A stretch of DNA of 64,000 bases from an uncultured virus (IMG/VR IMGVR_UViG_3300032321_001739) (lineage: Duplodnaviria; Heunggongvirae; Uroviricota; Caudoviricetes): IMG/VR virus record IMGVR_UViG_3300032321_001739. One strand, 5' to 3'. The notes under the pieces were generated by a model. That model had not been told where the DNA came from. It saw only the letters and a program-made list of their open reading frames with translations, and made no database searches. The position numbers and the translations under genes are program-made. This document shows positions 48,722 through 58,633 of this stretch, in pieces. Position 1 is the first letter of the stretch. Every line of letters begins with the position of its first letter.

Positions 48722-50527
48722 ATGTCAAACTGGACTTTAATTAAACGAATTTGGGAATTTGCAAAGCCGTTTAGAAAAACAATTGGAATTATTTTCATTT
48801 GTATATTTATAACTTCTGTTATAGAGGCTCTAAACACTTATTTCTTGAGTAATATCTTTGATATTATTCAAAAACACTCTAACGATCCATCTTATCTGAA
48901 TACTTCTTTATTCTTTGTAGGGCTTGCAGCACTTGGTGTTTTTGTTAGAATTTTAGTTAGTAGATTTCAAGGTAATCTTGAAATTAGAAAATTAGATATT
49001 AAGGCATCTAACCATCTTAACCATCATTCAATTGCAAAGTATTTTAACTTTTCCAATGGTCAGCATATAAATGAACACTCTGGTGTGAAACAAAACATTA
49101 TCACTTCTGGATTTCAATCGGTTCAGGGTCAAATCTCGATGTTTGTTTATCATCTTTTTCCAGCGATTGCTAACTTTATTGTTTCAATTGTGATGCTTTT
49201 TGTAATTAGTTCTTATATTGGATTTTCCTATTTAGCAATCTCATTTGTTTTCTTGTGGTCTGTTTATAAATTTAACAAGTATCTACAACCTAAGTTAAGA
49301 GAAGTAACGGATGCTAGAAACCAAACGGCTAGAACAATTTCCGAACTTTACCGTTTTGTTTTCCTTATCAAAAACGAAGTTGGTGAAAAGAAATCATTAC
49401 AAGACTTAGATGATGTTCAAGATGCTCACCAAGATGCTTTTCAAAGAACTTGGATTCCCGGAAACAACTTACTAACACTTATTAGAATTGGAACAGCCGG
49501 ATTTAGATACTTGACTATTCTATTTGGAGTTTGGTTATTATTTAAGGGATATATTACAGCTGGTGCTATCTTTCTAATCTTCACTTGGTCTCAGAATTTT
49601 ATCATGTCACTTTGGATGATAACAGATATGCAAAAACAATTTATCACCGATAAAATTAACATTGAAAAGTATTTTGAACTACTTGAAATAAAACCAGATG
49701 TTGAAGAAATTGAAAATCCGATTTCTAATAATATCACAGGTGATATCGAATTCAGTGATGTCGAGTTTAGTTATCCACAAAGAAAGAAAAATCATAAAGA
49801 CAAAGATGAAGAAGAACTTCAACCTGAAATGGTTCTTAAAGGAATTTCTTTTAAAATTAAAGAAGGTGAGAAAGTAGCATTTGTTGGTGAGAGTGGTTCT
49901 GGTAAATCAACTATTGCAAATCTTGTCAGAAGAGCATTCGATCCACAAAGTGGGAAAATTACTATCAACAATAATAATCTTAAAGATTTAGAACTCAAAT
50001 CTTTCTTAAAGAAAATTGGAAGTGTTGACCAAGAAGTAAATCTATTCGATAAAAGTATTCGTGAAAATATTTCTTATGGAACAGAAAGTTTACTAACTGA
50101 CGAGGAGTTAAACAAGATAGCAAAGATGGCTCGTATTGATACCTTTTATAAAAAACTAGAACATGGTTGGGACACTATAGTTGGTGAGCGTGGATCTAAA
50201 GTATCAGGCGGCGAGAAACAACGAATTGGAATTGCAAGAGCTTTGGCTAAGAATCCACAAATTCTTATTTTTGACGAAGCTACTTCTGCTTTAGACACAG
50301 TAAGTGAAAGAGTTGTTCAGAAATCAATAGATGCTGTAAGTAAAGGAAAAACATCTATTATAATTGCACATAGGCTTTCAACGGTCAAAAACTGTGATAA
50401 GATTTTTGTTCTTAAACAAGGTCAGTTGTTAGCAGAAGGAACACATGATTATCTATTAGAAAATTGTGAATATTATAAAGAATTAGTAAAACATCAATTA
50501 ACAAACAAAATAACAGAAAATGAATAA
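48722..50527 (+). CDS. ABC exporter, fused permease/ATPase (MsbA-like)
   Basis: About 6 TM segments; GESGSGKS, VSGGEKQR, ILIFDEATSALD and IAHRLST. Confidence 0.92.
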   Translation: MSNWTLIKRIWEFAKPFRKTIGIIFICIFITSVIEALNTYFLSNIFDIIQKHSNDPSYLNTSLFFVGLAALGVFVRILVSRFQGNLEIRKLDIKASNHLNHHSIAKYFNFSNGQHINEHSGVKQNIITSGFQSVQGQISMFVYHLFPAIANFIVSIVMLFVISSYIGFSYLAISFVFLWSVYKFNKYLQPKLREVTDARNQTARTISELYRFVFLIKNEVGEKKSLQDLDDVQDAHQDAFQRTWIPGNNLLTLIRIGTAGFRYLTILFGVWLLFKGYITAGAIFLIFTWSQNFIMSLWMITDMQKQFITDKINIEKYFELLEIKPDVEEIENPISNNITGDIEFSDVEFSYPQRKKNHKDKDEEELQPEMVLKGISFKIKEGEKVAFVGESGSGKSTIANLVRRAFDPQSGKITINNNNLKDLELKSFLKKIGSVDQEVNLFDKSIRENISYGTESLLTDEELNKIAKMARIDTFYKKLEHGWDTIVGERGSKVSGGEKQRIGIARALAKNPQILIFDEATSALDTVSERVVQKSIDAVSKGKTSIIIAHRLSTVKNCDKIFVLKQGQLLAEGTHDYLLENCEYYKELVKHQLTNKITENE

Positions 50528-50948
50528 AGCTTATATTGTAATGAAAAAAGGTTATGAATATGATGATAGTATTTATAACGAAACCGAAGGAGGAACTCCA
50601 AAAATTGTTTGTTTTTCAAAAAAAGATGCTGAAGAAAAGGTAAAAGAACTTAATATTAAATCTTATAAAGAAAGTTCAATAACTGATTTTGCATATGAAT
50701 ATGAGAACTGTGTAAATGTTGAATGGAATGAGTTTGAGAAATTCAATAACTCACTTATTAAAAAGTATGGTGAAGTTAAGAAAAATTACGCTTGGGACTC
50801 TACTGAAAATAGATTACATCAATCAGCAAATGAAGATGAAGTAAACGAATACTGTAAAATGGTTACAATTTCTTTTTATGAAGTAGTCGAAGTAGATGTA
50901 GACACATCAAGTTATCGAGAAGAAAAAATCAATCAGATTTTAGATTAA
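50520..50948 (+). CDS. Hypothetical protein with C-terminal tag
   Basis: Ends YREEKINQILD. Confidence 0.65.
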   Translation: MNKAYIVMKKGYEYDDSIYNETEGGTPKIVCFSKKDAEEKVKELNIKSYKESSITDFAYEYENCVNVEWNEFEKFNNSLIKKYGEVKKNYAWDSTENRLHQSANEDEVNEYCKMVTISFYEVVEVDVDTSSYREEKINQILD

Positions 50949-50972
50949 ACCACTTATTAAAGTGGTTTTTTT
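50947..50972 (+). terminator. Intrinsic terminator
   Basis: AAACCACTT-att-AAAGTGGTTT followed by a T run. Confidence 0.65.
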
Positions 50973-51005
50973 CTTTTAATATATAAAGAAAATTAAGAAT
51001 TCTTT

Positions 51006-51422
51006 ATGGATAAATATAATACAAATTCTAAAGTATCAAATTACTCAGATTTCTGTAATAACTGGGAATCAGAGAAGGAAAAACTTAAAAAAACTAAAAG
51101 AAGTTTCCAACCTAATTCTGATAGACAAAATCACACAACTGATACTAGAAATGAGTATAATCCAGTAACTCATAAAATCACTGCTTACACCAAAGATGAA
51201 GTAGAAGATGCTTTAGATAAAATGGAAGAAATTGAAAAGATGGAAGAAAAAAAATCTGAAAAATCTGAAAAATTAGAAGACTGTCCATCATTCAAAGAAT
51301 TTAATAAAGCAATCACTGATTTAAAAAAAGTAACTAAAAAAATTCACTCCGAACTTAAAAGAGGAACAAAATCGGAAATTGATGATTATATAGAAAAGAA
51401 AATTTTTGGAAGAGATGTTTAA
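51006..51422 (+). CDS. Charged hypothetical protein (late promoter)
   Basis: TAATATATA upstream. Confidence 0.55.
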   Translation: MDKYNTNSKVSNYSDFCNNWESEKEKLKKTKRSFQPNSDRQNHTTDTRNEYNPVTHKITAYTKDEVEDALDKMEEIEKMEEKKSEKSEKLEDCPSFKEFNKAITDLKKVTKKIHSELKRGTKSEIDDYIEKKIFGRDV

Positions 51423-51469
51423 CATCTCTTTTTTTATTTAAAACAATTCCTTATATTTGTATAAAATAT

Positions 51470-51688
51470 ATGAATATGAGTAAGTTTATCTTAAAGTTAA
51501 AAAGTTATTTCAAACCATTTGAGGTTCAAGGAGAAGATTTCGTTGTTGGCGTAAAAACAATTATGCCAAAAGAAGTTATGAAACCTAAACACAACTCAAT
51601 GACACCAGGTGATAGAAAACGATATTTTGATAACTATAATCAAAATCTAATCAATCGGATTTCTGATATAAAATCAATAAATTCATGA
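51470..51688 (+). CDS. Small hypothetical protein
   Basis: TATATTTGTA at 51452-51461. Confidence 0.55.
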   Translation: MNMSKFILKLKSYFKPFEVQGEDFVVGVKTIMPKEVMKPKHNSMTPGDRKRYFDNYNQNLINRISDIKSINS

Positions 51689-51852
51689 TACTTTTAAAAA
51701 TTTTATTAGTATTAGTTGGTGTCTCAGTGTTTCTATTCGGAATACTAGCGATGTCAATTTGGATACATATTAATAAAAGAGGAACCAAAATTTGGAACTT
51801 CGTAAATAAACATATCATCACAGATGAAGATGAATATTTAAAAAATAAATAG
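51685..51852 (+). CDS. Small membrane protein, 55 aa (not in ORF track)
   Basis: MILLKILLVLVGVSVFLFGILAMSIWIH...; ATGA overlap with the previous gene. Confidence 0.55.
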   Translation: MILLKILLVLVGVSVFLFGILAMSIWIHINKRGTKIWNFVNKHIITDEDEYLKNK

Positions 51853-51857
51853 TATTT

Positions 51858-52154
51858 ATGGATATGATAAAATTTGAACTTCCAGAAATTTTATGGAAAG
51901 TTACAAGAGCCTATCTAACTAATGATGTGCCTATTCAGTATTTATTTGAAATTATTTCTCAGGAACAAGTTTTTTATTTCAAAGACCATACACTGGCTCA
52001 AGAATTTTGTGACTCTATTTCTGGTTACGAAATGGTTGAAGAAGTTGAGGTAGCAAAATTTGACAATGAGGATATTACTTATAGACTTACAGTCGTTGCT
52101 TACATGGAGCGAATTGAATCAAAAAATTTAATACCGGAAATTTTTGATTTGTAA
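51858..52154 (+). CDS. Hypothetical protein
   Basis: 98-aa ORF. Confidence 0.5.
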   Translation: MDMIKFELPEILWKVTRAYLTNDVPIQYLFEIISQEQVFYFKDHTLAQEFCDSISGYEMVEEVEVAKFDNEDITYRLTVVAYMERIESKNLIPEIFDL

Positions 52155-52192
52155 ATTATTTTACTATCTTTGTATAAATAAAAATTAAAACA

Positions 52193-52417
52193 ATGGACCA
52201 GAAAAAAGTTAAAGACCACTTGAAGATTACAGGAATTATCGCACTTGTTGTATTTATTGGATTCAGTTATTTAGTTGGATCTCTTAATCACTCTGTAGCA
52301 TCGGAAGATGATAGAGGAATGGCATTGATAATTTTTTCATTGGCAGCTATCGTTGCCAATCTTATGTATTACGAGTCTTACGAGAAAAAAGATAAAATAA
52401 CTGATAAAGAAAACTAA
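52193..52417 (+). CDS. Small two-TM membrane protein
   Basis: Two hydrophobic segments; TATCTTTGTA at 52165. Confidence 0.55.
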   Translation: MDQKKVKDHLKITGIIALVVFIGFSYLVGSLNHSVASEDDRGMALIIFSLAAIVANLMYYESYEKKDKITDKEN

Positions 52418-52420
52418 AAA

Positions 52421-52567
52421 ATGGAAGTTAGTAAAATGACAATAACCGAGGCTTATCCTTATTTACAAGGAGTAGCATCGGCTTATGGTTTAAGATTGAA
52501 TAGAGCAAAAGAATTTAAACTAGCTAAGGTTATTTTAGTAAACCTTTACTGTAGAGAATTAATATAA
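52421..52567 (+). CDS. 48-aa hypothetical protein (not in ORF track)
   Basis: MEVSKMTITEAYPYLQGVASAYGLRLNRAKEFKLAKVILVNLYCRELI*, which fills the operon gap. Confidence 0.55.
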   Translation: MEVSKMTITEAYPYLQGVASAYGLRLNRAKEFKLAKVILVNLYCRELI

Positions 52568-52572
52568 TTAAT

Positions 52573-52908
52573 ATGAGAGTATATAAAATTAGCACAAATC
52601 TAACCAACGAGGAAAATAAAGACCTTGTTAAAAATATTTCCGAAGAAGATGCAAATTTTCTTGCAACTTTGGATATTAAATTATCAGTTGACCTACTTGA
52701 TGAAGAAGATAAATTAACAACAATAATGGTCACGAATATTCTTAACGTTGAAAAGTTAAAAACTTATTTCAATAAAGCAAATATTGAATTCGATGTTGAG
52801 GATATCACAGAAAATTTTTCTTCAGAACAAGACGAAGAAGTATTAACTAAATTTCTTGAAAATCTTACCGCAGAAGATATCATGAAAACCTTTGGTGTAG
52901 AAATTTAA
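52573..52908 (+). CDS. Hypothetical protein; paralog of 15521..15955
   Basis: MRVYKISTN / KLKTYFNKANIEFDVEDIT versus MKLFKYKTN / KIESFLTKYEISFEKKDIS. Confidence 0.55.
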   Translation: MRVYKISTNLTNEENKDLVKNISEEDANFLATLDIKLSVDLLDEEDKLTTIMVTNILNVEKLKTYFNKANIEFDVEDITENFSSEQDEEVLTKFLENLTAEDIMKTFGVEI

Positions 52909-53310
52909 ATGAAAGTCAGCTTTGATTTTGATGGAACTCTTTCAAGAAAAGATGTTCAAAATTTTGCAAAAAGTCTTGTAAACTCTGGGTATGATGTTTG
53001 GATTGTGACATCAAGATTTGATGATGAAAGTGCTATGAAAAAAAACTGGCACTGGATTAAAGGTCAAAATAAAAATTTATTTGTTGTTGCTGAAGAATGT
53101 GGAATTAAATTAAATAATATCCATTTCACTTGTATGGAATCAAAATCTCATTTCTTAAAAGATAAAGGTTTTATTTTTCATATTGATGATGATGTTGATG
53201 AACTAATGGATATTCTAAATTCAAAAGACAGTTGCAAAACTGTAAATGTTGACCACTTTGAATGGAAAGAAAATTGTGAAAATATTTTGAAAAAATATTT
53301 GGAGAATTAA
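52909..53310 (+). CDS. HAD-superfamily hydrolase
   Basis: SFDFDGTL, IVTSR, K and HIDD motifs. Confidence 0.8.
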   Translation: MKVSFDFDGTLSRKDVQNFAKSLVNSGYDVWIVTSRFDDESAMKKNWHWIKGQNKNLFVVAEECGIKLNNIHFTCMESKSHFLKDKGFIFHIDDDVDELMDILNSKDSCKTVNVDHFEWKENCENILKKYLEN

Positions 53311-53364
53311 AAAATCAGCATTATATTTGTAATGTATTATTAATCACTTAAAAACTTAAAAAAA

Positions 53365-53580
53365 ATGGCAATTAAAAAAAATGTAGGAAAAGTTATCGGG
53401 CAAGTTGAAGGACTTAAAATTCGTCAAACTGATCAAACCGCTACCGTAAAAGGTAAAACAGTTACAAAATCTACCCAAATTGGAATCTTTCAAGGAAAAA
53501 ATATGGTAGAGACCGGATTTAAAAACCGTGAAGTAGCTCTAATACGTGCCAAAGAAATTAAATCTCAAATCGTTAAATAA
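53365..53580 (+). CDS. Small basic hypothetical protein
   Basis: TATATTTGTA at 53322; own terminator at 53586-53609. Confidence 0.6.
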   Translation: MAIKKNVGKVIGQVEGLKIRQTDQTATVKGKTVTKSTQIGIFQGKNMVETGFKNREVALIRAKEIKSQIVK

Positions 53581-53585
53581 TTTAC

Positions 53586-53609
53586 AGGAGACTTCGGTCT
53601 CCTTTTTTT
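53586..53609 (+). terminator. Intrinsic terminator (UUCG loop)
   Basis: AGGAGAC-TTCG-GTCTCCT followed by a T run. Confidence 0.85.
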
Positions 53610-53621
53610 GATATATAATCT

Positions 53622-53729
53622 ATGAAAAAATGGTTAAAACGTATAGGTTTAGCTGGATTTTTGTTCTTTTTAATTAAAGGACTTATCTGGATTGGTATTT
53701 TTACAATAGCATACTTTTTTGGTAATTAA
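53622..53729 (+). CDS. 35-aa membrane peptide (not in ORF track)
   Basis: MKKWLKRIGLAGFLFFLIKGLIWIGIFTIAYFFGN*, after ATATATA. Confidence 0.6.
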   Translation: MKKWLKRIGLAGFLFFLIKGLIWIGIFTIAYFFGN

Positions 53730-53965
53730 TTATCCAAAGAAACACTGATTAATTCACCTTCTTTATTATACCACCATCTACGAACTAAAACACCATACTG
53801 ATTATATTGATAAACCACTTTGATATAGTTTTTACTACTATTAAATTCTTTTTGTTGAATTTTACCATCTTTGTAGATTACAATATCCTTACCATATTTG
53901 ATAGTATCTTGTGTGAAAGAACACGTTAGAAATATTGAAAACAATAGACTTATAACACATTTCAT
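53726..53965 (-). CDS. Small secreted protein
   Basis: Signal peptide; MORN/YD-like Y..G repeats. Confidence 0.5.
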   Translation of the reverse strand: MKCVISLLFSIFLTCSFTQDTIKYGKDIVIYKDGKIQQKEFNSSKNYIKVVYQYNQYGVLVRRWWYNKEGELISVSLDN

Positions 53966-54016
53966 AAGATATATATTGAACTTTTAAACAAACATTAACT
54001 ATAAAAAATAAAAATT

Positions 54017-54220
54017 ATGAAAAGATACAGTCTAATTCTATTTATGTGGCTATTTAGCTTAATTGGAAGCACATTTGCTACGTTTTTAACATATATTAAC
54101 GGTGAGTTTAATGAAGCTTTAGCTTGGGGAACAGCCACAACATTCTTATCGAATCTTATTATTTATCACTTCTATATGACTAGAAATGGAAAAGAGGATT
54201 CTAAAATGGTAGATGAATAA
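54017..54220 (+). CDS. Small membrane protein
   Basis: Two hydrophobic segments. Confidence 0.5.
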   Translation: MKRYSLILFMWLFSLIGSTFATFLTYINGEFNEALAWGTATTFLSNLIIYHFYMTRNGKEDSKMVDE

Positions 54221-54419
54221 AGAACTTCTTGAATATAATATTTGTTTAATCTCTGAACAACTAACAATTGAGCAACTAATATTTGCACGTAGAAATAGAG
54301 ATTGGAATAGATTTGATAAACTTGATGATATTAGAAAACTAATTGTTAGATTAGAAGAACTTGAGTATTTTTCAGATGATATCGATCCTAATTACAAACC
54401 AAAAGGTTATTTTAAATGA
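54213..54419 (+). CDS. Small hypothetical protein
   Basis: 68-aa ORF overlapping both neighbours. Confidence 0.5.
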   Translation: MNKELLEYNICLISEQLTIEQLIFARRNRDWNRFDKLDDIRKLIVRLEELEYFSDDIDPNYKPKGYFK

Positions 54420-54631
54420 TGGATAAAGAAACTGTCGAAAATTATTTCAATTTAATGAAATCAAAAGGCGCAATTGCGGATTACTGGATTTTTGATTCTT
54501 ATCGTGAAGAAGTCGATTATATCAAAATATACTATTTACATAAATCAGGAAAAAAGTCTTCTTATAGATTTCTAACAGAAATAGTCTTACAGGAATTAAG
54601 AGACGATAAGTTAAGAAAGTTATTTGATTAA
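54416..54631 (+). CDS. Small protein with C-terminal tag
   Basis: Ends LRDDKLRKLFD. Confidence 0.65.
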   Translation: MMDKETVENYFNLMKSKGAIADYWIFDSYREEVDYIKIYYLHKSGKKSSYRFLTEIVLQELRDDKLRKLFD

Positions 54632-54632
54632 T

Positions 54633-54824
54633 TTATTTATTCTTAGGAGCTCTAAATGGAAATATCTGATTTAATTCTTTTTGCCTTTGGTCACATCCAC
54701 AATCTTCTAGTCCTAAATTTTTAGCTACTACATCAGCGACTTTATCTATACCTGTGGCCTTTGTTACTTTAGCAACCAAGTCACCGAGACCTTTCATTTC
54801 ACCATCTAATTCTTTATCTTTCAC
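54633..54824 (-). CDS. Small GLGD...CGC phage protein
   Basis: KGLGDLVAKVTKATGI...DCGCDQRQ..LN; AATATATA just upstream. Confidence 0.65.
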   Translation of the reverse strand: MKDKELDGEMKGLGDLVAKVTKATGIDKVADVVAKNLGLEDCGCDQRQKELNQIFPFRAPKNK

Positions 54825-54859
54825 ATTGTATATATTTAAATTTTGTATTATATTTGTAT

Positions 54860-55117
54860 ATGACTATTTTCACAAAAGCTAAAATAATTAAGTTACTAAA
54901 CGATAAAATAGGATCTGGTGAGATTAAAAACTATAATCTCACCGGTGACTACTTGAGGATTTCAAAATCTAAACGAACCGGGCATACTATAAAATTTAAC
55001 GAACTTAGTCAACAAAATCTAGTAACACTTTTAAAAAAGAAAACACCGAAACCAGAAGTTCAAAATATATCAGACTTCTATAAAATAGAAATAAAAAAAC
55101 TTAATGAGTCCAGATAA
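54860..55117 (+). CDS. Hypothetical protein
   Basis: ATG 54860 immediately after TATATTTGTA (54849-54858). Confidence 0.5.
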   Translation: MTIFTKAKIIKLLNDKIGSGEIKNYNLTGDYLRISKSKRTGHTIKFNELSQQNLVTLLKKKTPKPEVQNISDFYKIEIKKLNESR

Positions 55118-55490
55118 AGTAATATCATATATCGATAAAGTTGTAATTGAACAAATACAACAGGGTCTTAGATGGGATGATATCTCAAAAACTCTTAAAG
55201 ACAAATCTATCAATTATAAAAAGAGAGACTCTTATATTCAAGTAAGTGAAAGATATTTAATTAATAACTGGGATAGAATTGAATGGAAAAAAAGAATGAC
55301 AACAATGCTTGTTATTCAAAGTCTTAAAAGGTTATCTGATATCAAATGGATTAAACAGAACCATATTAAATTTCCTCAACTAGGTTCTGTTGGTATTTAT
55401 AAACTATTAAATCTAAAAGATAAACTTAGATATAATCAATCCCAGGAATCAATTTCAGACTCAACATCAGAATCAAGCTCTAACTCATAA
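55104..55490 (+). CDS. Hypothetical protein
   Basis: 128-aa ORF; its 3' end overlaps the convergent ORF 55436..55621. Confidence 0.45.
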   Translation: MSPDKVISYIDKVVIEQIQQGLRWDDISKTLKDKSINYKKRDSYIQVSERYLINNWDRIEWKKRMTTMLVIQSLKRLSDIKWIKQNHIKFPQLGSVGIYKLLNLKDKLRYNQSQESISDSTSESSSNS

Positions 55491-55671
55491 ATATCTCCTT
55501 TGAATTCAATCCAACTTGAATCGTTGATTGAGTATCTTTTTATGTAGGTTTCTGATTTACCTTCTGTTTTAAGTATGATTTTATTTTCCAGTATTTTAAT
55601 TGTGCCTTTAAGTTCTGCCATATCTAAATCATTTTTTATTTAATATATATTGAAATGAAAAAACCCATTTT

Positions 55672-55791
55672 TTAATGGGTTTCACTTTGGTATTTTTTTA
55701 TTAACTCTTCGTTGTTTTTGATTCTCTTCAGAGACTTTACTAAATTCGCTCTGTTTCTTTTCGGTTTTCCTTCTTTTTTTGCTTTTGCCAT
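55672..55791 (-). CDS. 39-aa basic peptide (not in ORF track)
   Basis: MAKAKKEGKPKRNRANLVKSLKRIKNNEELIKKYQSETH*; stop lies inside the hairpin at 55658-55682. Confidence 0.55.
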   Translation of the reverse strand: MAKAKKEGKPKRNRANLVKSLKRIKNNEELIKKYQSETH

Positions 55792-55815
55792 AGTAGTGAT
55801 TTTTTTTGTGTGGAT

Positions 55816-57384
55816 TTATAATCCAAATCTTGATTTAGTTAAATTCCATTTTGATGTTACTTGTGAATTACTTAAAGCTTTATCATAAATATCAACAGTC
55901 GCTAATCTACCTCCCCAGTAATCAGGGAGATCCCATCTTGTCATTAATCTTATTCCACCTTGAGATGATACAGGATTTCCCGTGTAGTTAGTAGTATCTA
56001 CTAATACATTATTAACATATAAGTTAAGAGTTGTTCCGTCATAAGTTCCGACAATATGATACCAATTATTTGGAGTTAATGAATAACCATCAGTAACTCT
56101 CCAACCACCATCAAAGAAACCCGAACTAAACCCACCGTTGTTATCACCTAAAGAGTAATTTATTTGACCAACACTACCTGGGTATACTTCGGTTAAAATA
56201 CAAGGAGCACCACCAACGTTAGAACCAGTGTAATAATGCCAAACTTCCATTGTCCAATTACTTAAGTTGGGTAAACTTGTATTAGATTGAGCATATTGAG
56301 AACTTGATGCAGTAAAAGTGAAATACCCACCATTGTTAGATGACCAACTAGGTGAGTTATATAAAGTAAATGATTTACCACCAACAGAATCTACCCAATT
56401 ACCACTTGTGTAATTCGCAGCATCTAAAGATAAAACCGGAGTTATATAACTTGTCCAATAACCATTTGTTCTTAACCAAGCACTAGCACTAAGTCCGTTT
56501 GGAAAACTTTGACCTAGTTTAGAATAAATCAAACCAAGAAAAGATTGATCTGTAAAAACATTTGTTCTATAGAAACCAACAGATGCATTAATATTAGTTC
56601 CCAAAAAATTAAATCCATTTGGAACACTATACGATGCGGTATTTTGAATTACCATTGTGCCTTCGTATCCAGGACAAAGCACTGGATAAAATGATGTTAA
56701 TCCACTCATAGTTAAACTACAAACACCTGTTATTGGATTTTCAGATAGACTATTATTCCAATATCCACCATTAACTCTTATCCAAATTTTATTACCTGAA
56801 TTCAAATTAATAGCAATATCAATAATGTCACCGCTGGAAAAAGTTGGTAACCCTGTTGCTGCAACACCACCATTAAAATAATATTCGCCTATTGCATTAA
56901 AACCAACACTTTTATTATCATTACCTGGATAACCACCATAAGGACTACCCTGATAATTCATTGAGGTTTTACCAACTCCAATAAAACGAGATTGTGGTAA
57001 TGTTAATGGTTCTAATGATGTTGATAAAATACTAAACATAACTTTATCATTCTTATCAACTAATGTATTACCCAATACTGACATTTGGTATCCAAATTGC
57101 TGAGATGCAGTTTGGTCACCATTACTTAAATTAATATCAACTCCTTTATAAGTTGAACTTAATGTTAGGTTTGCTGATTGATTAAATTCTGGTGTTGGAT
57201 GATTACCAGCAGGAATAGAACGAGCGATAACATATCCTAAATCTTCATCAGGTCCATTCCACCATTTTAAACCACCAGACGTTGGATTCCATCCACTAAT
57301 TTGAATGGCTAAATTTCCATATTGAGTCGCACCTATTGGTGCAGTTGGTGATGGGTTATATGCGAATGCTCTTGAATTTGACAC
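55816..57384 (-). CDS. SPRY/B30.2-like + LamG (concanavalin-A-like) domain protein, probably virion surface
   Basis: IGVG...GDIIDIAINL...KIW.RVNG (SPRY-like); WYHIVGTYDG..L.LYVN...YDKALS (LamG); TAATATATA upstream. Confidence 0.75.
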   Translation of the reverse strand: MSNSRAFAYNPSPTAPIGATQYGNLAIQISGWNPTSGGLKWWNGPDEDLGYVIARSIPAGNHPTPEFNQSANLTLSSTYKGVDINLSNGDQTASQQFGYQMSVLGNTLVDKNDKVMFSILSTSLEPLTLPQSRFIGVGKTSMNYQGSPYGGYPGNDNKSVGFNAIGEYYFNGGVAATGLPTFSSGDIIDIAINLNSGNKIWIRVNGGYWNNSLSENPITGVCSLTMSGLTSFYPVLCPGYEGTMVIQNTASYSVPNGFNFLGTNINASVGFYRTNVFTDQSFLGLIYSKLGQSFPNGLSASAWLRTNGYWTSYITPVLSLDAANYTSGNWVDSVGGKSFTLYNSPSWSSNNGGYFTFTASSSQYAQSNTSLPNLSNWTMEVWHYYTGSNVGGAPCILTEVYPGSVGQINYSLGDNNGGFSSGFFDGGWRVTDGYSLTPNNWYHIVGTYDGTTLNLYVNNVLVDTTNYTGNPVSSQGGIRLMTRWDLPDYWGGRLATVDIYDKALSNSQVTSKWNLTKSRFGL

Positions 57385-57399
57385 TCAATATATATTAAA

Positions 57400-58044
57400 T
57401 TATTTTTTTATATAATAATACCACCTACACGGTTCTAATTGCCAAGTAACATCTAAATATATTTCTTTAACTGAGTTACCAAAATTTTTAAAACTTATAA
57501 AATGAGAACCTACTGGTAAACGATCCCAAATAATTTTCGTCAACTGATTTGGAAAACAAACATCATTTGTAAAAACAACACACGGTCTTTCAAACTCTAT
57601 CTTTAAAATATCATCATTTAGAAAAATCACATTATCAAAATCTTGTCCTAAATTCTGCTGCAACTCAATAGCATATAAATGTCTTCCCGTTACAATTTCA
57701 ATTCCTACAATATTTTCAAAATTGGATATCGTAGACATATGAAGACATATCTTACCAGTTCCACTACCGACATCCACAAATGTATCTAAACCACTATATT
57801 CAGAAATTTCTTTATAAATAGTCTCTACTCCAGCTTTTCTTATTTCACCATACACAAACTTACTATCAGAAGTTATAATTTCTTTTCTTTTATCAATTAA
57901 ATCATACAATTCGTCAGGAGAATAAACAACATCAGTAAATTGACTTTCTATTTTTTCAGTATCACCTAAAAGTATATTACTTTGAGTAACCTTAATATTA
58001 ACATAATTTGAGTAGATATTATCTAATATATCTTGATTTTCCAT
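57400..58044 (-). CDS. DOT1-like class I SAM-dependent methyltransferase
   Basis: VYGE, FVDVGSGTGK, GIEI...R and VFTN..F motifs. Confidence 0.7.
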   Translation of the reverse strand: MENQDILDNIYSNYVNIKVTQSNILLGDTEKIESQFTDVVYSPDELYDLIDKRKEIITSDSKFVYGEIRKAGVETIYKEISEYSGLDTFVDVGSGTGKICLHMSTISNFENIVGIEIVTGRHLYAIELQQNLGQDFDNVIFLNDDILKIEFERPCVVFTNDVCFPNQLTKIIWDRLPVGSHFISFKNFGNSVKEIYLDVTWQLEPCRWYYYIKK

Positions 58045-58169
58045 ACTTATTCTATGATTTTCACCATTTATTGTTTATTTTAGATACTTTTTTCAACAAA
58101 ACCTTATAGTTATTAACAATTAGACAACCTTTTTGATATATTGACGTATCTTAATAAAAAATAATTTAT

Positions 58170-58412
58170 ATGGTGTTTTCTTACTTACTTTTGTTTAGTA
58201 CTATTTATTTAGTATGTTCTTTTAATTTAGCTTGTTTGACTTATTTAATTCAAGAAGGTTACTTTGATAATAAATTTTGGACAAGGTCTCTTAGATCTTC
58301 TTTTGTGGCTCCACCTTTTGCCATTATTATTTTCATGACTCTGTTCTTTAAAGAGTCATTAAAGTTGAATTGGGAGAATATTAAAATTGTTATGAAAAAG
58401 AGAGAAGATTAA
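58170..58412 (+). CDS. Small membrane protein
   Basis: Hydrophobic 80-aa ORF. Confidence 0.45.
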   Translation: MVFSYLLLFSTIYLVCSFNLACLTYLIQEGYFDNKFWTRSLRSSFVAPPFAIIIFMTLFFKESLKLNWENIKIVMKKRED

Positions 58413-58633
58413 TTCTCTCTTTTTTTATACAAACTGTTTTCCCATTCGATATAATCTCTTCTGTCTTTCAACACTGTTGTAATAACAAGTGAAAAAGAAA
58501 AAAATCCAAATATGAATAATAATATTATTTCCATATGTTATATATTCATGACTTTGAAAAAAAGACCCTATTTACAGTTTAACAAATTGTTATTAAATTT
58601 TGAATTATCATAAATTATTATTATATTTGCTAA

